A stretch of DNA of 64,000 bases from Octopus vulgaris (GCA_951406725.2 OX597822.1:48732001-48796000), one strand, 5' to 3'. Counted from the first letter of the stretch, positions 27,129 through 42,432 are shown. Numbers and translations are program-made. The notes: generated by a model not told the origin, from the sequence alone.

Positions 27129-27130
<2 letters not shown>
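26712..27130 (+). mobile_element. SINE family A copy
   Basis: Colinear with 54453-54850. Confidence 0.85.
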
Positions 27131-27192
<62 letters not shown>

Positions 27193-28430
27193 GTATTATA
27201 TGTGGGTTTATGTTCAGATAGAGAGAGGGGGAGAGAGGGGATTGGAACATCTTCTCCAGCCACACGCTCGTGTTTCATGCGTTTATAGCAATTCTGTTTG
27301 TACACTACTTCATTTCATGTTTATGAAGCTCTTTGCTAAGCTACTTTACACTAAAAAAATATTTTCGTTATATTTCAAAGACATATTTTTAAAATCTTTT
27401 ATTGCTATTAACTCTCGTTTCTGTAAATTGACTTCAATAATTTTTTAATGTTAACTTAGGTGAACACTAATTTTTTTCCCCTCTTTTCTTTTTCTTTATT
27501 TTTTTCGAAGCAAAAAACTTGTAACATCATTTCAGGATTTGTACAGCATCCTTTATTCCTTTCTGGCGTTAATTATTCTTAATCCTCACTGGCTTTCTGT
27601 ATAAGCAGTAACTTTTTGTTAAAGATTTCTCTTTGCTATCTGTTGACGATTGTTGCACCACACTATTTATTTTACTTTAATGATTGCTGGAAACATTAGC
27701 TGTTGCTCAGGGAAGATACGTTTAAAACAAGTATCTATCAACTTTAATATGTATAATGGAGTATTTTGTATTTTTTCGTTTTTAGTCATTCGTTGTGTGG
27801 TTAAAAAGCTCGCTTTGCGACCAAGTGATTTCGGTACCATGGACAGGTCCTACCGCGTGGCACCTTGGACAAGTGCCTTCTGTTTTAACCCCCTGGACCG
27901 ACCAATGCTTTTGTCAGTGAGTTTTGCAGCGGGATACTCTGTGGAAGCCTGTCGTGTATGAGTACATGTGTATGTGTGAGTGTGAGTGTTTTTGTGTTGG
28001 TATTTGTCCTACCACACCGCTTGACAACCGATGTTGGTTTGTTTACGTCACCTAGCTGTTCCACAAAGAGACGATAGAATAAGTACCAGACATTATAAGT
28101 ACAAAAGGCGATTTATTCGACAAAACTTTTCAAGGCAGTGCTCTAGCATGGCCGCAACCAATGACTGGAACAAACGATAAAATATAAATGGAAAATAAAA
28201 AAATAATGATGTAATTCTAGTGCTGGTGTCAGGCTTTTGGGTGGTTCCTGATGTATGAGGCATCGATTATAGTGGGAGATTTGAAGTATCTATTGTCTGG
28301 GCAAGTATAGATAACCTTTACGTTGGATTTTTGAAAATCGTGTGGTAGTTGTTTCTTATGTGAATTACACTCATAATGTAGGGGGATTGTACGACATGAT
28401 GTTTCTCTTGTTGAGTTTCTTGTTGGTCCT

Positions 28431-28492
<62 letters not shown>

Positions 28493-29009
28493 ACACCGAT
28501 GTTGGTGTGATTACGTCTCTGTAACTTAGTGGTTCGGCAAAAGAGACCGATAGAATAAGTACCAGGCTTTACAAAAAAAGGATAAGTACTGGGGTTGATT
28601 CGTTCGACTAAGAATTCTTCAAGGCGGTGCCCCAGCATGGCCGCAGTCAAATGACTGAAACAGGTTAAAGGTTAGATAAAACAAAAGATAATCGAATTCA
28701 CAGCAGATTACACGTGTTTCTATACGACACGTGTTTCTATTGCATAAGTCTCCTAATGTTCTTTGATCTAGCATTTATGTGCAGTTAGTTGGTTCTGTTG
28801 CAGTACGTACTCAACAAGGGTAGACATTTTTAAGTAGCTTTGTTCAAGATTTTACCCAAGCGGGTGAGAGAAGCGAAGGTTTGAAGATGTATAATTCTCC
28901 ATCTATTTTATGTCTTGATTATACACTTATAAACATACATATATGCATACATATATATATGTGTGTGTGTGTGTGTGTATGTATGTATATGTATATGTGT
29001 ATATATATG

Positions 29010-29040
<31 letters not shown>

Positions 29041-29081
29041 ATGTATAATTTTCCATCCTTCTCTATGATATCTTGATTATA

Positions 29082-29121
<40 letters not shown>

Positions 29122-29246
29122 CTCAAACACATACACATACACATATACATGCATGCATACATATATACATACATACATACATGCATACATACATACATGC
29201 ATACATACATACATACATACATACATACATACATACATACATACAT

Positions 29247-29281
<35 letters not shown>

Positions 29282-29920
29282 TATAGTAATAACAATAATG
29301 ATCCTTCGATGGAATTTATATATATTTTAATGACTCGCTACGCGCGTTTCCACAATTCGTATGTTTCTAAGATCATTGTCCGTATTCCTGGGGTGATTAC
29401 AGAATCACACACACACACACACACAAACAGACACAAATATATGTGCATACACACATACACACACACACACACATATATATATACACACACACGTGCACAA
29501 ACATACGCACGAATACATACAGTTACTATAGAGGGCCGCCCACACGTGCATACCATTGCATCTATTCGCCCCCACATGCACACCGTGTTCTTGTTGTGCT
29601 AGGCTATAGACTCACTCTACACACTGGGATGATTTTCTACCAAAACAAACCAGCGTGGAACGGTGATATCTTCCAACGACTCCTCCTCTAGAAGGGGAAA
29701 CGGTGGGGGTGGGTTGAGTGGGATGGTTGAGACAGAGAAGGTGACGGTTGTGGTGGTGGTGATGGTGGTTGCGATGGTTTGCCTGCCATATGTGTGTGTC
29801 TGTGTGTGTGTGTATGTGTATGAATATGTGTGTGTGTGTATATATATATATATGTATGTGTGTGTGAATATGTGTATGAATATGTGTGTGTGTGTGAATA
29901 TATGTGTGTGTATGAACATA

Positions 29921-30025
<105 letters not shown>

Positions 30026-30026
30026 G

Positions 30027-30070
<44 letters not shown>

Positions 30071-30074
30071 GTAT

Positions 30075-30109
<35 letters not shown>

Positions 30110-30916
30110 GACAGACAGACAGACAGACAGATAAATAAATAGATATACACACATATTCACATTTTATTGTACATATGAAATATGTTATTATATGCGTGTG
30201 TGTGTGTGTGTGTGTGTGTGTGCGTATTTGTGTGCATGTATGTGTTTGTGTGTATGTGTTTCCGTCAATCTTTCTTCAGCCTGCGTTGGTTGCTATGGGA
30301 ATCATTAAGTATATAAATCACACAGCAGTTAAGGGTCTATTTATTTGTATAGCAGGGGTGGTGATTAGGTGGCGGGAAGTTGGGGGAGCGGGGTGACGGC
30401 AGCAGCAGCAGCAACAGTAGCAGTAGTAGTAGTAGTAGTAGTAGCGGTGGTGGTGGTGGTGGTAGATATTAGGTGTTGGCATTAGTAATATTAGTGGTGG
30501 TGGTGCTGCTGCTGCTAGTGGTGGTGGTGGTGGTGGTGTACTGGGGTGAATTGGTTTATATGGACAGTGAGTTGAGGTGGCAGCTGTATTTATTTATTAT
30601 GATTGTGTGGAGGTATGTGATGATGCTGAAGTTGAGGAAATTCGCTGCCATGGATTTAAAAATGTTTAGATTGTGGCTCTTTTAGTTAGTCTAAGTTCAA
30701 ATCCCACCCTACAAGTATTTTCATCCCATGTCCCAAATAGCTATCAAGATCTTGTCCTATAAATAGGACACAGAGTATTTCCATCTTTACTTGAAGTAAA
30801 GGAGTTTTAATAATTATTTCTTTTTCATTCTAACCTATTTTCAATCATCTGTAAAAATTTTAAAGTAATATTCAGAAATTTAAGTACTCTGGGACTTAAT
30901 GGGTTAATAATAATAG

Positions 30917-31008
<92 letters not shown>

Positions 31009-31037
31009 TAATAACATCGTAAAAATACCTTAAGAAT

Positions 31038-31083
31038 GACACCTGATGAAGGCTGGTGAGTACATCAGCCGAAACGTTGTGTT
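31038..31083 (+). ncRNA. Hammerhead motif with canonical core, in a (TAA)n-preceded repeat
   Basis: GACAC-CTGATGA-A-GGCTGGTG(AGTA)CATCAGCC-GAAA-CG-TT-GTGTT. Same family as 40121 and 40429. Confidence 0.8.
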
Positions 31084-32511
31084 AACAACAAACAAGATGA
31101 GGACAAATATCTGTCAAATGTAAATAATAGTATTTATTTTATCGACTACAGAAGGATGGAAGACAAAGCCAACCACAGTAAAATTTGAACTTGGAACATA
31201 GAGATGGACAAAATGCTGCTAAGCTTTTCACCCTGTGTTCTATCAATTCACCCAGCTCACCACCTACCACTTCCTGTATGTTGATTTCAAATTTTGGCAC
31301 AAGGCCAGCAATTTTGGGGGAGGGGTAAGTCGATTACATTGACCCCAGTGTGAAACTGGTACCTATTTTATTGACCTTGAAAGGATCAATAAATTTCTCA
31401 GTGGAATTTGAACTCATAATGTTGAAATAGACGAAATGCTGCTAAACGTTTTCCTTGGTATTCTAACGATTCTGCCAGCTCTTGTATATTAAACAGAAAA
31501 TACCACAAACTTGTCAGCCCAAAATTCTGCCTGTTCTACCCATCAGCATTGTTAATAATTCTTTCTGCTATAAGTTAATCGTTTACATCGACCCCAGTCT
31601 GAAACTGGTACTTATTTTATAGACCACTGAAGATTCCACTCGATGGGATTTGAACCCAAAATGTAAATAGTCAGAGGCCATACTGCAAAGCATTTTGTTC
31701 GATGCTTTGAAGGTGGGATGCTTCTCAATGTTTCCACTGTCCACAACAAAGGTTCCATCCAATACCAAACTATACAAAAGGAATAAGAGGGGAAATTCTG
31801 GGCAGGTTCATGTAGCATACTTTTAAGAATAGATTCGACTAACACAGAAACTCTTTCAGCTACAGGGATAGAATAAACACCACCTTAACTATACAGTCCA
31901 TCTGAAGGATAGTAGTCTTACTTGAAAACGTTTCTATATTCAATAGTATAACAGGTATTGCACCATCATACACTGACAGAGCAAATGGATGTATGTAATA
32001 CTTATTGAGAAAACATTACAACTTAACCCAAGAACAATTGTTGCTTGGAATGTTAACGTTCCTCAAACCATCATTAACCTTCACAGTCACATCTTCAGGA
32101 TGGTGGCAGTTGTAGCTTTTTTTCTATAAGCAAGGCCAATGTGATTGATGCTACCAGTCTGATATTTTTGTTTATGACTAATAATAATAGAGGGTTGGAC
32201 ACCCTCTATTAAAGCTCTGGGCCGATCAAAGCCTTGAGAGTGGACTTGGTTGATAGAAACTGAAAGTAGTCCATCGCAAATATGTGTTTTTCTGTGTGTT
32301 TGTGTTTGCTGCATATTATCACTTGATAACCGGTGTTGGTTTGTTTCCATCCCTGTAACTTCGTGGTTCAGCAAAGGACACAGAAAATAATACACACGTG
32401 TGTATATATGTGTGTATATATATGTGTATATATGTGTGTATATATGTCTGTATATATGTATATGTATGCGTGGTTGTATACAAATGTTGCTATATGTACA
32501 TATGTGTCATG

Positions 32512-32548
<37 letters not shown>

Positions 32549-32631
32549 TGTGTATTTATTTGTGTATGTTTAATGGCTGTATGTGTACATATGAATTCCC
32601 ATGTCTGTATATGAATGAATATATGTATTGA

Positions 32632-32697
<66 letters not shown>

Positions 32698-33678
32698 TGT
32701 GTGCTGAAAAGTACCAGACCACAGAAAACAAATAAGTACTGGGGTCGTGTTTGACTAAAACACTTCAAGGCGGTATCCCAACATGGCCACAGTCCAGTGA
32801 GTGAAAGAAGTAAATGATAAAGAAGATAAAGGATTATGATCATTAGTCATCTATTTTCTAGTATGTTCTGTTGAGTACAGATGTGCTGACCACTGTTTTC
32901 CTAATTGTTTGTGTGTAGGTGTATGTGTATGTGTGTGTGTGTGTGTATGTGTGTGTGTGTGTGTGTGTATGTGTGCGTGTATGTTTTTGTGCGTGCGTGT
33001 GTGTATGTGCGCGTGTGTGTGTGAGAGAGAGAGAGAGAGAGAAAGATAGAGAGAGAGCGAGTAAGAGAGAGATGTAGTGTAATGCAAATTGTTCCTTGTT
33101 GTAAGTGCATAATGAGATAGCTTGAGAGTGTTGTACGTGTATGACCAACGTAATCTAGGAGATGAAACTGAGACCATTTTGAAATGACAATGACGAATTT
33201 GAGGTCTTTAATGTTTCAAACAAACAGCAAGGGCTCATAGGAAAAGATGAAAAGAACCTTCATAAGATAAGATAACACTAGATCCATCGTGTTTTCGATA
33301 TATCCTTCCTAAAAGAAATGCTTTTCTCCATGTATATATATATATATATATATATACATTCATACATGCATACGTGTGTGTGTATGGTGTGTGGGAGGGG
33401 GGTGTAAGAGGGCACGTATGCATACATGGTTGCATGCAAAGTGTTCAATGGAAATAATAATGAAGAGAGTACTCAATACTGAATTTAGAGTATCAAGATA
33501 TAATATACATTTATTGAGCTGAAAAGTCATATTCCATAACACTGAATTCTATGACTGTGATTGCCAGAGACATGAACTTCCTAGTTACAAAACTTTAACT
33601 TATTAAATATAATATATATTTTAATATAATTTAATATAATATATATATATATGATACATAAAATATATAATATATATA

Positions 33679-33736
<58 letters not shown>

Positions 33737-33780
33737 CACACACACTCACGTATCATAATACATACATTAATTCATATGTA

Positions 33781-33838
<58 letters not shown>

Positions 33839-34321
33839 TATATATATATGCATCATTATACATACATGTGCATGAATATATATACATCCATTAAACACAC
33901 ACAAGCACACCCAAACCCTCACATATATATATTTAAATGCAACCACACACACACATATGGCTATGTGGAGCCACTCATATACACACGTGTGGGTGTTATT
34001 TTCAAGTTTCTTCATTCTGTAGCCGGTGGCATTTTTCTCTCTGAAGACAACTGAAAAACACTCGATTGTTTGGCTTGATTCTTCACAGATCTTATAATTA
34101 AGAGAATACCAGAGAAATTCCACTTCAAAGACAAGCTACATACAAACACTTATGCACACGGATACAGACACACATATATATATTACATGTACACTTATGC
34201 ACCTACACAAAGGAACACACATACACATACATATATATAGATATAAGTATAGATATACATACATACATAAGTATATATGTTTGCGTGTACCTATATAGCT
34301 GTATCTAATATATATATATAT

Positions 34322-34352
<31 letters not shown>

Positions 34353-34504
34353 TAGATACATATATATACATATATATATGTATATATATGTATTATCTAT
34401 ATCTATATATCTATATGATATAGATATATATATAAATATATATATATAAATACATATATATATATATACATATATACATGTATATATGTATATACCTATA
34501 TACA

Positions 34505-34583
<79 letters not shown>

Positions 34584-35118
34584 ATGATGATGATGATGAT
34601 GATACATACATCAAGCATATTATAGAGATGTACGTACAAACATACAGATACATAGTGGGATACAGCCATACACATTTATTACACTTGAATAGACACCTGC
34701 AAGTATATCTAGATCTAAATCTAAATCTCTTTCCTCTCTCTCTCTCTCCCTCTCTCTCACTATATATATGCACACTACACACACACATACACACACACAT
34801 GTATATCTTCATGTGTGTATATGTGTGTATTCATATATAATTCAGATACAAGCAAACATGCTTACACACTTGTAACACACACACTCGCACAGCCACATTA
34901 TGTATTTATGAAAAACAAAGGTAATCAAATGTTATTTAAAATTCTATAAACAATATTGGAATTTCAACACCTACCTAAATATCTATTTCTATTTATCTCT
35001 CTGACAATTTGTCAGAATGTCTGTCTGTTTGTTGATCTATCTATCTATCTATCTATCATTATGTATATGTTGATTTGTTGCATGTGTGTGTGCATGTGTA
35101 TGATATGTGTGTTGTCAC

Positions 35119-35782
35119 CATCATCATCATCGTTTAACGCCCGTTTTCCATGCTGGCATGGGTTGGACAGTTCGACTGGGGTCTGGGAAGCCAGGAGGCT
35201 GCACCAAGCTCCAATCTGATCCGGCAACGTTTCTACAGCTGGATGCCCTTCCTAATGCCAACCACTCCGAGAGTGTAGTGGGCACTTTTTACATGCTACT
35301 GGCACAGGGGCCAGAGGAGCTGGCAATGACCATGAGCAGTTGGTGCTTTTTATATGCTGCTGACACAGAAGCCAGTTAAGGTGGCACTGGCATCAGCTAT
35401 GTTCGGATGATGCTTTTTATGTGCCACCAGTATGGGGATCACAACTACAATTTCCATTTGATTCTGATGTTGATGTACTTGACTCAGTAGGTCTCTTCAA
35501 GCACAGCATGTCGCTCTACAATCCAAGGTACTTTTGAGTGGGCTGGGGCTGGTTATGTGACACTGGTGTATGTTTCAGCAGTGAACTCACGTTATTTGCC
35601 TGGTCTTTGCAGTCACAGCATATCTCGAGAGGTTTCAGTCTTTTATCATTGCTTCTGTGAGGCCCAACGTTTGAAGGTCATGCTTCACCACTTCATCTCA
35701 TGTCTTCCTAGATCTACCTCTACCCCAGATTCATTCAACTGTTTGGGAGTAGCACTTCTTCACAATGCTCTCCTCATCCATC
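35119..35782 (-). mobile_element. RTE-clade LINE 3' end with (GAT)n tail
   Basis: Minus strand GRGRSRKT*DEVVKHDLQTLGLTEAM, then 3' UTR ending GTTAAACGATGATGATG. Confidence 0.75.
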
Positions 35783-36015
35783 CAGCCTCTATCCTATTCT
35801 TATTCTAGCTATCACGCTCTCCATGCACATACCCCCTCTACTAATTCGGTTCGCTAGCTAGCAGAAATTATCTACAACCTCTAATGAGCCACCAGGGCAT
35901 TTGAGAGAATCAATTTCCTGAGTTTCTACAGTTTTTGTGGATCCTGTGCATCATCCACATACAAACACGACCTTCCCTGATAATCTTTCTATTAATCCAC
36001 TGCACCATTCTATAC

Positions 36016-36061
36016 AAAACTGTCTAATGAACAAGAACGCGAAACTCTGAGTAACAGTTTT
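36016..36061 (+). ncRNA. Degenerate hammerhead-like motif in a pLTR-like fragment
   Basis: AAAACTGT-CTAATGA-(decayed stem II)-GAAA-CTCTGAG-TA-ACAGTTTT, followed by AATAAA. Confidence 0.55.
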
Positions 36062-36386
36062 TGCTATATTTTTGATGCTTTTTAATAAAGCATATTACTC
36101 TATTTCTGGTATTCGAGTACTATTTATTTCCACCTTGTTTCACATTTTATGTGCTTACTCTGGTGTATGTATAAATATAACATACATATATATATATTAT
36201 TGTTATTATTATTATTATAATATATATATATATATATTGTGTGTGTATAGTTCAACACGTAATGCACAATAACAAAAATAGCATCAGCGACTGCAGTAAC
36301 ATGAATAACAACAACATGAACAGCAGCAGCAGGAGTGATGACAGCTCTGAGAAGTGAAATGGAAATAATGATATTACTACCACCAC

Positions 36387-36428
<42 letters not shown>

Positions 36429-36939
36429 TAATAATAATAATAATAATGAAACTGGTACACTTTAAACTTCATTATTTCATTTCATTTCACATTTGAGTGA
36501 GTGTTTACGTTCAAAGTGTTCTCGTGTGTGTGTGTGTGTGTGTGTGTGCGTGCATGTGTGTGTACGTGTGTGTTTGCATGTGTATATGTATGTATGTGTG
36601 TGTGTGTATTTGTGTTTTATTCGTTATTTTAATTCTTTTTTTTTTTTCATTTCATTCTTTGAAATGTTTGGTATTTTGAGGAAAAAAAATAGTCTTTGAA
36701 ATTCATTCTTGAAATAAGGAGAAAATGTTTACTGCAGGCTTTTGGCGACATCCTCTCCCATCTCAAGACATCATTCTATTTCTTCTCCAATTTTTGGCAA
36801 GCTATTTCTTTAAAGTTTAACCATTTTTCTTCCAATGAAATTCACTCAAAGATAGTCATCATGTCTTTATACATTTTGATCATTTTATTTTGGGTTTCAT
36901 AACGTAGCTTTTCTTCTCATTTTTCTGTGTTTGTGTCGT

Positions 36940-37235
36940 TTTTGTGATAATCTGCTGCTTTTTTTAATAATGTGTTTTTTTGTAAATAATGTGTGTTTTG
37001 GTAATAATCTCTTTGTTTTTGCAAACAATGTTTTTTGTTAATGATGTGTTTTTTGTTAATAATGTTTATTTCTGTTAATAATTTTCTGTAAATTAATGTC
37101 TTATGTTAATATTGTGTTTTTTGTTAATAATGTGTTTATTTTTGTTAATTTTCTTTATCTGTTAATAATGTGTTTTTTAATAATGTGTTTTTCTGTTAAC
37201 AATGTGTTTTTGTTAATGTATTTGTTGTTTATTTT
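36940..37235. repeat. Degenerate ~18-20-bp minisatellite
   Basis: Repeated taataatgtgttttttgt-like units. Confidence 0.75.
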
Positions 37236-37601
37236 TTGTTAATTGAGGGAAGGTTGATTTTTTTTATATTAATGAAAACCATTGCATTTGAGTATATAAG
37301 TGCGTACACATGCATATGCATGTTTGTATGTGTGTCTGTATATGTGTGCATCTTTCCAAATTACCTTTTCAATTTGTTCACTCTCTCTTTTTCCTACCCT
37401 CCTCCTCTCTCTCTCTCTCTCTCTCTTGCTCTTCCTTCAATGTTTCTCTTTCATTGCATCATTCTTTCTGATGAAGGAATTACTGCAGTCACCATACTTT
37501 GCTTTTTCTATTTGGTCATATCTCCAAGTGATTTCCGTTTACTGTTTTAACTTTACATTTTGTGCGTGTGTATGCGTTATACATTTACCAGAAGAGGGAT
37601 G

Positions 37602-37645
37602 ACTGTAACTTCAAAGTTTCAGCCTGCTAGCCTTCGTCAGACTGT
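37602..37645 (-). ncRNA. Degenerate hammerhead-like motif
   Basis: Minus strand: ACAGT-CTGACGA-AGGCT(AGC)AGGCT-GAAA-CTTTGAAG-TT-ACAGT. One mismatch each in stems I and II. Confidence 0.5.
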
Positions 37646-38054
37646 GGAACATTTGAGTTAATTTTGGCTTTATATATTCTCTGCTAAGTTGTTTTTCTGG
37701 ATTAGGTGGAGCTCAGTAAAATGATAATTATGTTTGATATATGCATGTCTGTGAAGTAGATGTATAGGGGGGATGAAAGATAACAGAGGCGGCATGAATA
37801 TTTGTAAGGTGAAAGCTGATGGAAAGATATTATTGGCAGATTTTATTGTTTAAACTGTGAGTTGTATTATATTGTTCAGAGTTCACTCAATCTACCTATG
37901 CATCAACTTCACAGATGTACATACACAGATGTACAATGCTTCGATGTCACTGCCAACCCTCTACTCATAAAAATATAATAAATATAATACTCTACAAAAA
38001 CTAATGTGTAATTCTTCAGTTAAGTGTTAAATCATTTTTATTATAACTCAGCAT

Positions 38055-38500
38055 AAGTGGCAAGCTGGCAGAATCGCTAGCATGCCAGGCAAAATGCTTA
38101 GCAGTATTTTGTCTGCTGCAACATTCTGAGTTCAAATTCCGCCAAGGTCAGCTTTGTCTTTCATCCTTTCAGGGTTGATAAATTAAGTACCAGTCAAGTA
38201 CTTGGGTCAATGTAATCAACTATCCCTCTCCCCACAAATTTCAGGCCTTGTGCCTATAGCAGGAAGGATTATTATTATTATTATTATTGTTATTATTATT
38301 AAGGTGGTGAGCTGGCAGAATCGTCAGCACACCGGACAAAATGCTTAGCAGTATCTTATCTACCACAATGTTCTGAGTTCAAATTCTGCTGAGGTCGACT
38401 TTGCTTTTCATCCTTTCAGGATCATAAATAAAGTACTAGTGAACCATTTGGGTCGATGAAATCAACTATCCCACCTCTCCCAAATTTCAGGGCTTGCGCT
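38055..38500 (+). mobile_element. Two tandem copies of SINE family B (GGCGGCGAGCTGGCAGAA head) separated by (TTA)n
   Basis: Repeated gagctggcagaatcg...gagttcaaattc...tttcatcctttcagg...aagtaccagt. Other copies at about 2265-2430, 11830-11965, 31140-31480, 43110-43290 and 59790-60000. Confidence 0.8.
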
Positions 38501-38840
38501 TGTAGTTCAACATAAAAACAAACATTATTATATCTATATATGAATGCATGTGTATACAGCCATACATATATAAACATATTATGCATATATACATATATAC
38601 ACGCACACACACATATATGCATACAAACACACACATTCATAAATATATGTCTGCATACATACATAAATATATACATACATGTGTATATATATAGACAAAC
38701 ACATAGTGTGGCCAGCAGGTTTAAACAAACACCTGTCAGAATACAAATATTTGGAATTTACAGTTAAGTATACTTACAAATATGTTTGATGTGTGTGTGT
38801 GTGTGTGTGTATATATATAGATGTATGTATATGTGTGTGA

Positions 38841-38872
<32 letters not shown>

Positions 38873-39095
38873 ATATGCATTGCATGTATGTATGTTTGCA
38901 TATATGTGTGTATGTGTGTGATGTATACATAAGTGTGTCTATGCATGGTTTTACACATGCCACATATACACCAGCATACACAACTATATAAATATATGCA
39001 TGTATATGTTTGAGGCACATACAAACTCTTGTATATATACGTTTATGTATGTGTGTGTATATATATATAAATATGTATGTGTGTATGTATGTATG

Positions 39096-39150
<55 letters not shown>

Positions 39151-39408
39151 ATATGAGTATGTATGTGTGTATATATATATGTATGTATATATGTATGTGT
39201 GTGCATATGTGTATATATATATGTATATATATACACATACATATACATGTATATGTATATATAGATATACATGTATATTTACATATATACAATATATATA
39301 TACATATATATATGTATAATATACACACACACACATTATGTATACACACACACACACATTATGTATACACACACACACACACATATATGTACATATATAT
39401 ATATATGT

Positions 39409-39469
<61 letters not shown>

Positions 39470-40051
39470 GACGTTTAGTGTTGAAATAGTTGAGAGAGTA
39501 GTAAAACCTCAATTCCTGTCCCCATTTTACAAAATACTAAATATCTGAAGTTCTAACATTTAGGGCTGCGTATATGTGTCCGTGTTTGTATCTGTGTGTG
39601 TGTGTGTGTTTAGTCTTAACTCTGCGCCACCACCACCACCACCACCACTCACACCTGGTGCGTCTGTTCTTTGTCTGTTGCCTACTTTCCTTCTTCTCTT
39701 TCTCCTTACTCTACATCCCAGCCATTATTTTTATCTCACACTGTCTCATTATGTTTGTGTGTGTGCGTGCAAGCATGTATGTGTGTGTCACTTTGTTTCA
39801 TTATACATGTGTATGTATGTGCTTGTGTGTGTGTGTGTGTGTGTGTTTATGTTTCTGGCATATCTTTATTTTTTTCCTTCTTTCAGTCACTGAACTATGG
39901 GTGGTAGGGCCATGTTGGAGCACTGCCTTGAAGCGTTTTTAGTGGAACAAATTGACCCCAGGGCATATTTCTTTTAAGTCAGGTACTTGTTTAGTTCAGT
40001 CAGTCTCTTTTACCCAATCGATAGGTGTCATGAACATAAACAAACCAATAC

Positions 40052-40213
40052 AGTTCTATATTTAAAAGATGAGTAATTATTTACATTCGATGGATATTTG
40101 TCCTCATCTTGTATGTTGTTAACACAACGTTTCGACTGATATACCCTCCAGCCTTCATCCGGTGTCTTGGAGAAATTTCAAACCTGGATTCTCATTACTA
40201 AGGTATTTTTCGA

Positions 40214-40266
<53 letters not shown>

Positions 40267-40526
40267 TCACTGCCTGGAATCGAACTTGGAATTTTGGGGT
40301 TAGTAGCCCATGCTCTTAACCCCAAGATTCCAAGTTCGATTCCAGGCAGAGACTTGAATAATAATCATAATAATAATAACAGAGAAAAATGCCTTAGGAA
40401 CGAGAACCCAGATTCGAAATTTCCCAAAGACACCAGATGAAGGCTGGAAGGTATATCAGCCGAAATGTTGTGTTAACAACAAACAAGATGAGGACAAATA
40501 TCTGTCAAATGTAAATAATGTAAATA
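40052..40526. mobile_element. Inverted dimer of a tRNA-headed, hammerhead-containing SINE-like unit, with 16-bp TSD
   Basis: Arms about 40076-40301 and 40317-40519. TSD ATAAACAAACCAATAC at 40036-40051 and 40527-40542. tRNA-like head with GTTCGATTCC B-box. Hammerhead motifs at 40121-40166 (-) and 40429-40474 (+). Confidence 0.8.
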
Positions 40527-41908
40527 ATAAACAAACCAATACTGAATGTCAAGCAGGGAAGGGACAAACACACACACACACAAACACACAAACACACACA
40601 CACACACAACACACATACACACACATGTGAGATACTTATACATGCATACACACACACACACACACACACACAAAACACACAAATACACATACACACACAT
40701 GTATAATGAGACAGTGAGACACACACATACATGCACACACACACACAAACACACATATAATCTGGTTATATGCCAGGGCTGTAGTGGAAAACACTGGCCC
40801 AAGATGCCTCCCAGAAGGACTGAACCTAATACAGTGTGGTTGGTTGGCAAATGAGCTCCTTAACCACACAGCCACACTTGGTGTTAGGAAGGGCATCCAG
40901 CTGAAGGAGGAGGAGCCAAAGCAAAACAGAGACTGGAATATGATGCCCTAAGTACTTGGATCTGTCGGATTCCATCAGATCCTCTGAAACCATGGGACAC
41001 ATGTTAGAATGGAACATGGATGTGAAATGATTGTGATGACGGTGGCAGAGGGGCAGAAGAGGCAGTTGTGGCAGGAGCAGCAGGAGTGGGGTCGGCAGCA
41101 GCAGCAGTAGCAGTGGTGGTAGTAGTGGCACTGGTGGCAGTGGTAGCAGTGGCAGTGGTAGCAGTGGCAGTGGTGGAAGTGGTGGCAACGGCAGTGGTGG
41201 CAGCAGCAGCAGTGGCAGCAGCAGCGTGGCAGCAGCAGCAGTGGAAGCGGCAGTGGTGGAAGTGGCAGCAGTGGAAGCAGCAGTGGTAGAAGTGGCAGTG
41301 GTGGAAGTGGAAGCGACAGTGGTGGAAGTGGAAGCAGCAGCGGTAGAAGTGGAAGTGGCAGCAGTGGAAGTGGCAGCGGTGGAAGCAGCAGTGGTGGCAG
41401 CAGTAACAGTAGCAGCAGCTGCTGCTGCTGGGGCAAGACTAGTAGTAACAGTGCTGTTAGTGACTGCAGCAATAGAGGCAGCAGTGGCAGCAGGAGCAAC
41501 AACAGCAATGGTAGCAGCAGCAGTGGTGGTTACTGGCATGGGTTGCTGAATGGCTTGACAGGACCCTATGGGTCCAAGCACCTACTGCATCAGATGCCAG
41601 TTTCTGGTTTGGCCAGGACACTACAGCAGTGGCAGTGATGATGACAACGATGACGGCAATGATGACATATCATAGCCATATTTTGAGAGGGATTCTTTGG
41701 GGTTTAGATAATTCACCCTTGGCAACATAGATGTATCGTTCATCACCCTTAAACAACCCCTATTCAGGGACCTTTTTAGTAGAGTTAGCTGCACAACCTA
41801 ACGAAAGCTCTAACTGGGCCCCACCTGCAAGGTCATGCACTGTGGACAATGGTGATGAATGATGACAGGGGTGTATGTTTGTACGCATGTTGAATGTGTG
41901 TGTGTGTG

Positions 41909-41949
<41 letters not shown>

Positions 41950-42432
41950 GTGTGTGTGTAGGTATGTATGTGTGTTTGTGCATGTGTTTGTATATATGCA
42001 TGTAAGTGTGTGTGTGTGTGGCAGAAGTAGTGGTGGTGGTCAGTATGTGAGTAAACCAAGGTGCTCTTAAAACAGACTGGATGGTCATAGTAGGAATACA
42101 TCTCTGATCCATACCTTAATAAGATCTGTCTACTTTTGTCAGGGTTCACCTGGGAAAAAGTCGGCTGACCTACAACAGCAACAACAAACAGGGACCACCA
42201 CCACCACCATCACCTCCATCACCACCACTTCCATCACCACCAGCACAACAACAACAGCAACAACAACAACAACACTAACAGCTGCAATGTCACTCCCCAC
42301 TCATCTCTCCCTCCCTCTCTGTCTCTCTCTCTCTCACACACACATACACGCTCACAGGGGCACACGCCCCCCCCCCCGCAATGAATGAGATGACTATGGC
42401 TATATTTCTTCCACTTTTTAACACTCCCAGAG

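Noticed and set aside
36940-37235. Regularly spaced repeats resembling a CRISPR array
   Set aside because: Degenerate tandem minisatellite without unique spacers; eukaryotic context and no cas genes.
37462-37545. CTGATGA followed by a possible long stem II
   Set aside because: Followed by GTTT rather than GAAA.
40826-41581. 251-aa Ala/Thr/Pro-rich ORF
   Set aside because: Degenerate GCA/GTG repeat plus a retroelement tail; open in several frames.
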